From the human T2T-CHM13v2.0 reference genome, Homo sapiens: a stretch of 64,000 nt of DNA. Both the position numbers and the translations under genes were made by a program. The stretch lies in the NCBI RefSeq assembly GCF_009914755.1, contig NC_060928.1, one strand, 5' to 3'. The first letter of the stretch is position 1, and each line of letters begins with the position of its first letter. Under the pieces are notes generated by a model that saw nothing but the letters and a program-made list of their open reading frames with translations, made no database searches and was not told the origin of the DNA. Positions 1 to 35,480 of this stretch are shown here, piece by piece.

Positions 1-858
1 TTCTGGCTGCACCATAATCTCGACCATCCAATGCTGGGGGTTTGGGACAACAGCTTTCTGCCTCTAGTCAACCCTCAGCTTCCCCAGGAAAATTGTGAAA
101 GCAAAAGCTGGTTCTAGGTAGACCAATGCTCCCAACCCAGAAGGGTTGGGGCTTGTTAGAAAGCCTTTTCCCAGGAAGCCTCACACCTGAGTCTTAAGTC
201 CAGTGGCCATGCTAATTGTTTTTAACTGGCTGACAGGTGCCTGGTATTTTCCTCCAATTCTAAGGAAGGATAGGACAGAATGGCGAGCAAATTATTACTC
301 ACCGCTTTGAAGAATCCCCGTACGGGCCACCGAATATTACGGGTGGATCTTTGTTCATAGAACTCCCAAGATGGTGGTGGGCCACTCCCAAGATGGTGGT
401 GAGCCACTCCCAAGATGGCAGCAAACCTTTTGTTCTCTGACCTGGGGTTCTTGGCCTCATGGATTCCAAGGAATGGAACCTTGGGCCATGCGGTGAGTGT
501 TATAACTCTATTAGAAGCCGTGGGTCACGGAAGAGAACCGTGGAACCCAGCGACTAGTGTTCAGCTCTATTAGGACGAACCTGGGCACTTAGCTGCGCAG
601 GAACAATGGCGAGACTTTAGCCTGATTGGGAGTGGCAATGGATGCCTCACTGGATCAGGGGCACAGCGGACACCCTGCTGGATCTGGAGTGGTGGAAGTC
701 AACAGCGGGTCTGTGATGGCAGCAAACAGTGGTGGACGGCAAGTGAAAGCTCAGCTCGAGCCATAACAAATACGAACCAGAAGAGTGTGCAGTTGCAAGA
801 TTTAATAGAGTGAAAACAGAGCTCCCATACAATGGGAGGGGACCCAAAGGGGGTTGTC
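1..858 (-). mobile_element. HERV-W (HERV17/LTR17) 5' end: R-U5 (335-858), PBS (315-332) and leader; continues off the window
   Basis: Minus strand reads ACAACCCCCTTTGGGTCCCCTCCCATTGTATGGGAGCTCTGTTTTCACTCTATTAAATCTTGCAACTGC, matching the recalled LTR17 R region. Splice donor GCG|GTGAGT at ~297-305 and HERV-W leader sequence follow. Confidence 0.88.
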
Positions 859-1519
859 CCCCCAAAAATGAAGATTTATTATCTCACACAACCAAAAGTC
901 TAGAGGATGTTGATAAATTCTCCTTTTCAGTGATGCCAGGGCCCTAGATTGCTTCTCTGCCATTTTCTTGTCTTTCCCATCATGGTTGCAAGACAGCTGC
1001 TGCAACTCTGGCCTGTCATGTTTTTACATGACAGCATCCAAGGGCAGGAAGGGAAGAGTCTTCTTTTCACCCTTCCCTACTCCTTCCCCTGCTTTTTTTT
1101 AATAAAGAGGGAAATGGCTCCCAAAAGTCCTCCAGCAGACTTCCTTTTATGTCTCATTCACCAGAACTGAGTCACATGTTCATTCCAAATCAGTCACTAC
1201 CAATGGGAATAGAATTAGACTAATCATGGATCATCTCCTGGAGCACTGGGAGAGTCCCATCTTCCCTGAGCTCATTATTGCCTGTTTCTTGAACAGAATT
1301 GGGGTTCTCTTTCTAAGGGAGAAATGAGGAATGGCTGATGAATAGGCAATCAGTGTAGGGAGCCTCCTTTTGGGGGAGTTCTCACCTATTTATAATGTAA
1401 CTTAAAAGACTTCCAGCTTTGAGCAGAGCTTAGAGCAGAAGAAGTCTCTTTAGCTGGCCTAAATTGTCACAAGAACAACTCTGATGCCTTCCTTTTATGG
1501 AATAAATGGTTTTCTTTTC

Positions 1520-1833
1520 TTTTCTTTTTTCTTTTTTTTTTTTTTTTGCAACGAAGTTTTGCTCTTGTTGCCCAAGCTGGAGTGCAATGGCACTACCTCA
1601 GCTCAGCTCACCACAACCTCTGCCTCCCGGGTTCAAGCGATTCTCCTGCCTCAGCCTCCCGAGTAGCTGAGATTATAGGCATGCGCCACCATGCCTGGCT
1701 AATTTTGTATTTTTAGTAGAGACGAGGTTTCTCCATGTTGGTTAGGCTGGTCTTGAACTCCTGACCTCAGGTGATCTGCCTGCCTCGGTCTCCCAAATTG
1801 CTGGGGTTACAGGTGTGAGCCACCGTGCCCGGC
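1520..1833 (-). mobile_element. AluS
   Basis: Poly-T then reverse-complement Alu dimer. Confidence 0.93.
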
Positions 1834-2118
1834 GGGAATGAATGGTTTTTAAGTGTCTGTGGCAGGTGTTGAATGTAACCTGTGGGAAGGTCCAATAATA
1901 GAAGCATGATGGAGAACCTCGAGTTTTAGAGCAAAGTAATGCTTGTTTCAGTCCTGTTGTGATTAAATGCCTGGCTATGAGACACACTAGGTGATTGTGC
2001 TACCTGAGTTTCTCACTGTGAACTGGGTATTACCTGATCCACAGAATTATAAGGCTGGACATGCCCAGGAGAATACTATTATCAAGTGGAAGTGATATAT
2101 CTGTGCTATCTGAGTGGG

Positions 2119-2448
2119 CTCTCTCTCTCTCTCTCTCTCTGTGTATATTTGTATATATACGTATATATATATACACATATATATGTATATATATACCTAT
2201 GTATATATACGTATATATACATAGGTATATATGTGTATATATACACATGTATATATGTATATATACGTATATATATACATAGGTATATATGTATATATAT
2301 GTATATATATACATAGGTAGTATATATGTGTATATGTATACATAGGTATATATATACATATATATACCTATGTATACATATACACATATATACCTATGTA
2401 TATATATACCTATGTATATACCTATGTATATATATGTATATATATACA

Positions 2449-2507
<59 letters not shown>
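2119..2507. repeat. Compound (CT)n / TA-rich degenerate / (CA)n / (TA)n microsatellite
   Basis: Directly visible; explains the IY/HT-rich ORFs. Confidence 0.97.
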
Positions 2508-2759
2508 AACTGGATCCCAGCAGGTCCCAAAGGTGCTGGGAGAGGAAGTGAAGGAAGAGTTAACTCACACTCTTCCTTCACTTCCTCTCCTTGGGGGAAT
2601 TTCCTATAAGCAGTTCAAAGAGCAGGAAGAGAATTATAGCTTGGTTTAGAAATGCTCTGCACAATATCCTGGTAGTTGATAGTGGCAGACTTGGAAAAAT
2701 CTTGCTGGGGTATAGAACTTCAAGCATTATATTTCTGTGAGCCCTCTTGGACAGGAATG

Positions 2760-3350
2760 AAATCACCTGAAGTAAAGATCTACATTGACTTATGGGTAGT
2801 AATTTATGATTTGGTCAGATGATCAGGGACTTTGAAGGAATATGATTGTAAGATTGGTAACAAGGAAATCTGGAGTAGCGGTGTGATGGACCTTTTGTAA
2901 TGGTCACTGAGTGAGGAAAATTATGTTCCATGTGCTTCTCACCAAAAGGTCTGATTTTGAAGGACATTGTCAATAATTAGGTGAACAAGATGACCACCTT
3001 GGGGATGTTGTTGAGCAGGGCATCCAACTGCTTGCTCAGTGGGCTTGTAAACGTAGTGGCCGTGGATATAAGCATGGACCCAACATCATAGATACTTTCT
3101 TGTCAAGGCTGTTCTAGCTCAGCCACTGCTGAATACCAGATTGAGAAGTAGCACCACCAACCCTGGGTCCCCAGTATGGTATAATAACTCAAGGGGAGTA
3201 GACAGTTTCTATGGGACAGGTTGGTCACATTTGATCTCTTTCATCATGGAGGAGGCAGAAATTTGTTCTCACTGGGACCAACACTTACTCTGGATATAGA
3301 ATTGTTTTCTGGCTCTGTCATGCTTCTACTTCTACTATCATCCATGAATT
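2760..3350 (+). mobile_element. ERVL internal fragment (RNase H-integrase region), decayed
   Basis: Resembles ERVL pol (…HQ…NN.V.KMT, AQWA…SG, WQV..I..L.SWR.Q.FVLTG..TYSGY). Confidence 0.65.
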
Positions 3351-4102
3351 TATTAATATAAATTAAACATAGACTCAGACTCTGAGATTTAAAAAATTAA
3401 GGCATAAGCTTTAAATTACTCCATTATGCATGTAGGGGGAAAGGAAAATGCTAATGACTTTCTTTTAACTAAGCAGAAAAACTAAAATACTGCTTAGAAA
3501 TACAGAGATGTATTCCTACAACATTCTTCCCAGGTCAAAACCTTGTCAGTAAGACAATCAGAATTACAGATTCTTTTTGGAGGTTATTTTCATAGGACAA
3601 AGCAACACTTTCTAACACTTTAGAGTCTTATAAGACATTTTGGTTCAAATAACATTTACAGAGAATGGATTTCTTTTTAGTAAGGAACAGAAGGTGTTCT
3701 AGTAACAGTTATGAATATTCACACAGCTCCATATTGCTGAGAACAAATGGATATTTTTTGGAACATTCTTAATTTATTACCTAATCAAATCAGATTTTTT
3801 GAAATAGTTAATGATGCAGAATTGTATTTCTCTTTTCATAGATGCAAGGAGAAGGGACATCCTTTTTCTCAGACTTCTTTGGTTAATTATAAAGATTTAT
3901 TTTTAAGGCCAGCTTCTGAAATTTTATTAGCTATATTATAAGCAGGTCTATAGAAGATAATTTTATTGTCAGAAATGGAGAAAGTGATAAAAAGTTATTT
4001 AATACCAAAACATAGGATGATATTGTTTTTCTTCTATATTATTAAGTACCTTGTTTACCTATAATTTCTTTCAAAAAGAACTTGAAACTTCAGAGAAGAT
4101 AA

Positions 4103-4425
<323 letters not shown>

Positions 4426-5064
4426 TATCCTTGGGTTTAAAGTTATAGAATAATAGTGCCTAAGAGGTATGAAAGAAAAAAATTAAAAAATAAAGTTATA
4501 TAATAAGAGCAGTCTGGTTTAATAGCATTTCAGAGTGGATATATTTAGGAATTTTATAAAGCTCAATATTTGTCAACAATAGGAGATGGCTGGCAAGAGA
4601 ATACATAGAGACTGCATTTACTGGCATATTTTTCCAAATAAGGATGTTATTCAGACTGTATGTAGAATATTGAGTTTAAGTTATACTTAGAGACATTTAA
4701 TTAGGAATAAAGAGGACTTGGTGGTAGTGGGAAGAGTAGGGGAGAGGCATGCCAATTGTCTTCAACTCTCCGAGGGACTAGGCTTACTCTGTGATACTCC
4801 AGAGAGCAGAACTAGGAAGGCAGAGCTTAGATTTAGCCATAAGGAAGAAATTGGCCTGTGTATGTGTTAAGCCCAAGGTTAGCTGACCTGCCAGACATAT
4901 TTTAAAAAGTGATTTCTTTATTGCATTTGGAGTTGGAAACCATCCATGTTTCTTCACCCAACTTTTTACTTTGAAAAATTTCAAGATTTCAAAATCTGAA
5001 AAATAGTACAATAAACATCTCTATGTCCTTCACCTAGGTGTACCAATATTTTTTGCCACACTTA

Positions 5065-8855
<3,791 letters not shown>

Positions 8856-10120
8856 ATCACACATTTTTTTTGATGAACCATTTGAAAGGAAGTTGCAAAA
8901 CTCATGAAATTCACCGCTATCTTCTTCAGCAAGTATCCCCTAAGAACAAAGACATTTTCCTACTGTTCCCATTCATCCTTAAGATAATGTTCAGCTTGCA
9001 GGTGCTATGATTCTCATAAACCAGTAAGAAAAATACTGCCTGTTTTCCCTGTAATACAGGATTCATTCAGTGAAGTTCTTGCTTGCTTCACAAGGTGCAT
9101 TGCTGGAGGCCTGCTCTCTGCAAGCCTCTCAAAGAATATGAAAATAGTCCTGCCCTCAAGAAGCTCTTCAGATGAAATAATATGTATGAAAATACTTAAA
9201 TGTCAACTACGATATAAGTGAAAGATGCTATTTTATCTCTTTGCAAATTCTTTTTCTCAAAGAAAATAAGATTTAGCAGATGGAAAAACGTAAAAAAAAA
9301 AAACCGAAACAAAACAAAACAAAACAAAACAAAACACCAGAGGGCACTATAGTAGCATTTGTAGTAGCATTTGAAAAGCAATGTTTGAAGGCATTGTAAA
9401 TATATCTTAAAACTGCATAATTTTTTCTTCTCGGAGTAATATACTGTGATTGTATTGCCTTCGAAATTCAACTACTGTGCACCGTATTAACTGGTGTTCT
9501 TAAGTGTTTGTAATAATTTCAGACCAAAAAATAAGTTTTTTTTTTACATAGACCCATGTATCTTATTATACTGAACAATATAATTTTTTTCCTGAAAGTT
9601 TAATAATCTTTAACATACTGAAGGTCCATGGCTTATATGCCTTGGACAGATTTTCAATGTTTGGTCCAGAGCATTGTGGGAGGGGGAGCGGTAATTCTAA
9701 TGAAGTGTTTAGAACACGGGAAGGTAGATCTTCCATCAAACCTTTAAATTACCACTTTTGATTTTTTCCTTTGGAGGGGTCAAGTTCCATTCCAGTTTTA
9801 TTTCACTGGCTTGACTCCTTTGAAATATTTTAATTTTTGTTGCCCCTACTCTTTCAAAAAGCAATATTCTTTAAGTGAAGAATGAATGAGAATACTCAGG
9901 AAAAGTGGACAACTGTCAGTAGTTTACAAACTTTTAAAAATGCCTTTGAAGCATAGTTCTTAACTGGAGGTTTTCTACATATTGCCAATGGCATCATTGA
10001 TGTATGATTTTTGTTTTCTCTGGAGTATCATATAGAGATTCAGCATTCATTCCTCATTTTGAAAGAGATATATTTGAGCAACTTAGGCATTTGATGTGCA
10101 TTTTGAAAAATTATACTATT

Positions 10121-10540
<420 letters not shown>

Positions 10541-10559
10541 TCACTCTGGGGTTTCTCAG

Positions 10560-10870
10560 TTTTATTTTTGCTTCTGAGACAGGGTCTTGCTCTGTCGCCC
10601 AGGCTGGAGTGCAGTGGTGCAATCACAGCTCACTGCAGCCTCGATCTCCTGGGCTCAAGTGATCCTCTTTCCACCTCAGCCTCCCAAGTGGCTAAGACTA
10701 CAAGCACACACTGACATGCCCAGCTATTTTTCATTTTTACTTTTATTTTTAGTAGAGACAAAGTCTTGCTATGTTCCCCAGGCTGGTCTCAAACATCAGA
10801 GCTTATGCCATTGTCCTGCCTCAGCCTCCCAAAGTGCTGGGATTACAGATGTAAGCCACTTTGCTCAGTC
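10560..10870 (-). mobile_element. AluJ
   Basis: Diverged reverse Alu; inverted relative to the Alu at 10121. Confidence 0.9.
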
Positions 10871-11072
10871 TCATTGATTTTATATACAATTCTAACAGCT
10901 CTGCCAAGGATAATCAGAATTTTTTTTTGAATCGCAGAACTAGGTATGAAAATTAGAAGACTGATAGAGACAGGGACATTTACTGCAGCAGTGATTGCTC
11001 AGAGGGTGGGGGGCAGTAGAGAGAGACTGAGACTACTGAATCACAATTTAGCATAAAAATTAATGATCATAA

Positions 11073-11869
11073 TAATATGGACAAGAGACAGGGAAATACT
11101 GGATAGAAGAGGGTGGTTCCCCAGCAAAGGCCCCACCCTCAAGTCTGGAGACCCTCAGCCCTAAGTGGGAATGGGCATTTCTGTTTTTGTGCCCTGAAAG
11201 TTGCCTTTTGACCTGCTATGCCCCCCATCTGGTACCCATATGAACTCTGAACCTCAGGCTCTAGAAGCAGATGAACAGATGAGGAGATGAGGAAACAAGC
11301 AGATGAATGGCAGAATGATGTGGCAGAGAAAGAGAGAAGAGGAGGAACATCTAAACACCAAGAGGAGTTAGGCTGGGGGCGGTGGGAGAGGAGTTTGGCC
11401 TCTGGATGGCCAAACTCTAGGGGAAGAAAATCTTCCTACTCCATCCCCACTTCCAGCTCCCCATCCATCCTGCTGAGAGCCACCTTCACCACTCAATAAA
11501 ACCCTGCATTCATCCTTCAAGTCTGTGTGCAACCTAATTCTTCCTGGATGCTGGGCAAGAGCTTGGGATACAGAAAGTTGTCACACTGGCCCTCTGCCCT
11601 TGCAAAAAAGCAGAGGGTCCATTGAGCTGGTTAACAGTTATGTTGTCTGTGGACAGCAAGGCTAAAAGAACCTTGTAACACTGGGGCTGCAGGCACCCAC
11701 CCCTGGACACTACTGTGGGGCCGGAGCCCGAAGCACTCGCCCTGACTCCTGCACCTGCCAGTCTGCATGCTCGCATTCTTGTCAGGGGTTTGAGCAATGG
11801 TGACTGAACAGGCGAGTCACACCCCTGTTGCACATCCTGTGAGGGGGATCAGGGAACTCTCCCATTTCA
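11073..11869 (+). mobile_element. Solo LTR1-family LTR (ERV1)
   Basis: Starts TAATATGGACAAGAGACAGGGAAATACTGG and ends GAACTCTCCCATTTCA; AATAAA at ~11495; 4-bp TSD ATAA on both sides. Confidence 0.85.
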
Positions 11870-12694
11870 ATAATGACTATTCTGAGTTGTTAAGATTAGA
11901 TTTGGGATTATCTAATTAGGAAAAAAAGGAAATATAGAAAATGTTTTGGAAAAATTCCATTCAAAAGGGTGAATATGAACTATTCACACACGAGGATAGA
12001 ATTTTGTTATCAAGCAACGTATATTTATCGACCATCTCTGATAGAGGGATGGATTCAAAGATCGTTCTGCCTTCAGGGATTTTACAAACATGTACTTGAA
12101 AAACTAGCAATGGAAACGGCGTGTGATAGGATTTTGATTAAAAACACCGAGCATCAAAGGAGATCAGGGAGTGAGAACAGCTTTGTGGCTGCAAAGATCT
12201 GAAAAAGAGGTGGGTCTGAAATGGAATCTAGAAAGGATTCACTGAAGCAAAGGAAAGGAGGAAAGGGATGAGGAGAGAGAAAAGAACTGATATAGGGAAT
12301 TGCATGAGAAAGGCCAACAACCTGTGGGGTGCATTTTAGTCCCACAATGCCAACAAAGAAAGCATTTACAGATAAAGTGTCTGGCTTCCATTTCTAATGA
12401 GAGAGAATCTTAAATAAGCAAGAATATAAGTTTCTACTTTGAGATATTAATTACTATCCTTTCAGCCAAAACTTTCAAAGATGTTTATCTTCTCTCAGAA
12501 TTCAATACGTGGTAAATCATTTTAAAGAAAACTGATAGGTTTCAGAAATTGCTCCAAGATGAAAGCTAGTCTTTATTACTCTGATCTAAATTATTATGTA
12601 TCTTACCTGTTTTTTTTCCTTCAACTTTTATTTTAAGTTCTGGTCCAAGGTGAAAGCTAGTCTTTATTACTCTGATCTAAATTATTATCTGATC

Positions 12695-13120
12695 CTTTTT
12701 TTTTTCCTTCAACTTTTAAGTTCTGGGGTACGTGTGCAGGATGTGCAGGTTTGTTACATAGGTAAACGTGTGCCATGATGGTTTGCTGCACAGATCAACA
12801 CATCACTTAGGTATTAAGACCAGCATCCATTAGCTATTCTTCCTGATGCTCTCCCTCCTGCCCCCCAGACAGGCCCCAGTGTGTGTTGTTCCCCATGATG
12901 TGTCCATGTATTCTCATAGTTCAGCTCCCACTTATAAGTGAGTACATGTGATGATTGTTTTTCTGTTCCTGCGTTATTTGCTGAGGTTAATGGCTTCCAG
13001 CTCCATCCATGTCCCTGCAAAGGACATGATCTCATTCCTTTTTATGACTGCATAGTATCCCACGGTGTATATGTACCACATTTTCTTTATCCAGTCTATC
13101 ACTGATGGGCATTTAGGTTC
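12695..13120 (-). mobile_element. L1PA 3' end
   Basis: Poly-T + caacttttaagttctggggtacgtgtgcagg (L1 3'UTR). Confidence 0.9.
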
Positions 13121-13397
13121 TATGTTGTCCTTTTAAACTGTTCATTGTAACATCTCGAGTATAATAACTTGAAACCTTCCATTTTGCTATTTTTGTATAC
13201 ATCTTTTTATCTGTTAAATCTTATAACTATAAAAGTTTACTTACTACATTATTTTATAAGTACATCAATTTTTGTAACTTTTAATTGACTATTGAAAATA
13301 GCATTAATTAGTGCCAGTTACAGATCAATAGTATTAATTAGTGCCAATTGCAGATCATTAAGCTCAACATTATGTGTTGTAAAAATTATGAAAGATC

Positions 13398-14158
13398 ACT
13401 GATCATTAGAGAAATGCAAACCCAAACCACAATGAGATACCATCTTATGCCAGTCAGAATGGTGATTATTAAAAAGTCAAGGAACAACAGATGCTGGTGA
13501 GGTTGCAGAGAAAAAGGAATGCTTTTACACTGTTGATGGGAATGTAAATTATTAGTTCAACCATTGTGGAAGACAGGGTGGTGATTCCTCAAAGATCTAG
13601 AGGCAAAAATACCATTTGACCCAGCAATCCCATTACCAAGTATATCTCCAAAGGAATATAAATTATTCTATTATAAAGATACATGAACATGTATGTTCAT
13701 TGCAGCACCATTCACAATAGCAAAGACATGGAATCAAACCAAATGCCCATCAATGATAGATAGGATAAAGAAAATGTGGCACATATATGCTATGGTATAC
13801 TATGCAGCCATGAAAAGGAATGAGATCATGTCCTTTGCAGGGACATGGATGGAGCTGTAAGCCCTTATCCTCAGCAAACTAATGCAGGAACAGAAAAACA
13901 AATACTGTGTGTTCCCATTTATAATGGGAGCTGAACAATGAGAATCCATGGACACATGGTGGGAAACAACACACTAGGGCCTGTTGAGGGGGGTAGGGGG
14001 AGGGAGAGCATCAGGAAGAATAGCTAATGGATGCTGGGCTTCATACCTAAATGATGGGTTGATCTCTGCAGGAAACCACCATGGCACACATTTACCTATG
14101 TAACAAACCTGCACATCCTGCACACGTACCCCAGAACTTAAAAGTTGAAGAAAAAAAA
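13398..14158 (+). mobile_element. L1PA 3' end (ORF2 tail + 3'UTR)
   Basis: atcactgatcattagagaaatgcaaa…gtaccccagaacttaaaagttgaag + poly-A. Confidence 0.92.
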
Positions 14159-14574
14159 TTATCAAAGATGAAAGGGCAGTTATTTTACAGAGATAGAAAC
14201 TTGAGAGAGTAGATATGCTTTTATTCTTTTTAAAATATTCACTTAAATAGATTCTGATATCTCCTTCCATGTGATTGCAGTTAATGATAGAGTGGGGCTA
14301 AGAGAAAAGAAATTAGCAGATGTTAAAAAGAAAATTATTTAGCAACTTATTTTTAAAAAGTAGCTTGTGGCTTATTGGAACACAAAGTATATAATAATGT
14401 TTTATGTATATATGTGTGTATATATTAATATATATATACACACATAATCACAATTACTATATATTTCATATATATAGTGTATATATATATATAATGTATA
14501 TATGTACACATGTATGTGAAATATAGTGATTTTTTTCCAGTAAAAATCTTTTTATTGTGGGAAATCTTTTCTTT

Positions 14575-15078
14575 ATTTTTATTTAAAACATTTTATATTT
14601 TAAGTTTTGTGGGTATTAGGTGTATATATTTATGGGGTACATGAGATGTTTTGATATAGGCATGCAATGTGTAATAATCACATCATGTAATATGGGGTGT
14701 CCATCTCCTCAAGCATTTATTTGTGTTACAAACAATCCATTATACTCTTTTAGTCATATTAAAATATACAATTAAATTGCTGTTGACTATAGTCTCCCTG
14801 TTGTGCTATCAAATACCAGGTCTTATTCATTCTTTTTAAAAATTTCCAACTTTTATTAAGTTCCAGGGTACATGTGCAGGATGTGCAGGTTTGTTACATA
14901 GGTAAACATGTACCATGGTGCTTTGCTGCACAGATCATCTCATCACCCAGGTATGAAGCCCAGCATCCATTAGCTATTCTTCCTGATGCTCTCTCTCTGC
15001 CGACTCCCTGCCCTCAACAGGCCCCAGTGTGTGTTGTTCCCCATCATGTGTCCATGTGTTCTCATCATTTAGCTCCCA
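14575..15078 (-). mobile_element. L1MA 3' end (14575-14835) and L1PA 3' end (14836-15078) within or near the ADH4 3'UTR
   Basis: L1 3'UTR motifs (tatggggtacatgagat; gtacatgtgcaggatgtgcaggtttgttac). Confidence 0.85.
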
Positions 15079-15476
15079 GAAAATTTTCAACATAGACAAA
15101 AGTGGAGAGAAAAGTATAATGAAACTCCATGTATTCATTACCCAATCTAAAAAAATTATAAACATATGGCCAATCTAGTTTTATTTATTATCTCTTCATT
15201 CCCCACTTTCAACTTCCCAGAACTAATTTTAAACAATTTCTAAAGATGATATGATTCTATTCATAAACACTAGTTATTATTATTATTTAACATAGGGAAT
15301 ATTCATATATATAACAGGTACAAAGTCTATAATATTTAAAGCTCTTTTATGTTCCCATATTAAATGTAAATATTTGTTTAAACTCATGGCTTTCCTTGGT
15401 TCATCAAATCAGGTAATAAATTAACCAGGCAGGTTCACATTCAATCAGATAGTATTCTGAATTGCTCCTGGCATCT
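14700..15476 (-). other. ADH4: ADH4 3' UTR (end uncertain)
   Basis: Follows the stop codon; candidate AATAAA signals (tttatt on +) at ~15184, ~14852 and ~14716. Confidence 0.55.
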
Positions 15477-35265
<19,789 letters not shown>

Positions 35266-35480
35266 TTTTCTTTGGGAAACTGTGTTGGAAGTTTCTTTCT
35301 GAGTTAAGAAAGCTTCAAACTCCTACCCAGGGAGTTCCGTGTCCTATAATGAGCTGTCTTTGAATAAATACCATTCATGTTGCTTAATTCTCCAATCACT
35401 TCCTTTTCTCCTTTGTTGCTGTAATTCACAGCCCTGCCGGCCTCTTACCACATCATTTGTACTATTGGACTTCAGCTGCA
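35266..35480 (-). promoter_or_regulatory. ADH4: ADH4 5'UTR and proximal promoter
   Basis: TATA-like ATTATAG (35344-35350) about 80 nt upstream of the ATG; C/EBP-like TTGCTTAA at 35380-35387. Confidence 0.7.

Noticed and set aside
314-332. tRNA-like sequence
   Set aside because: Only an 18-nt retroviral primer-binding site, not a tRNA gene.
2030-2609. Several overlapping ORFs of up to 183 aa
   Set aside because: Artefacts of a stop-free TA/CA microsatellite.
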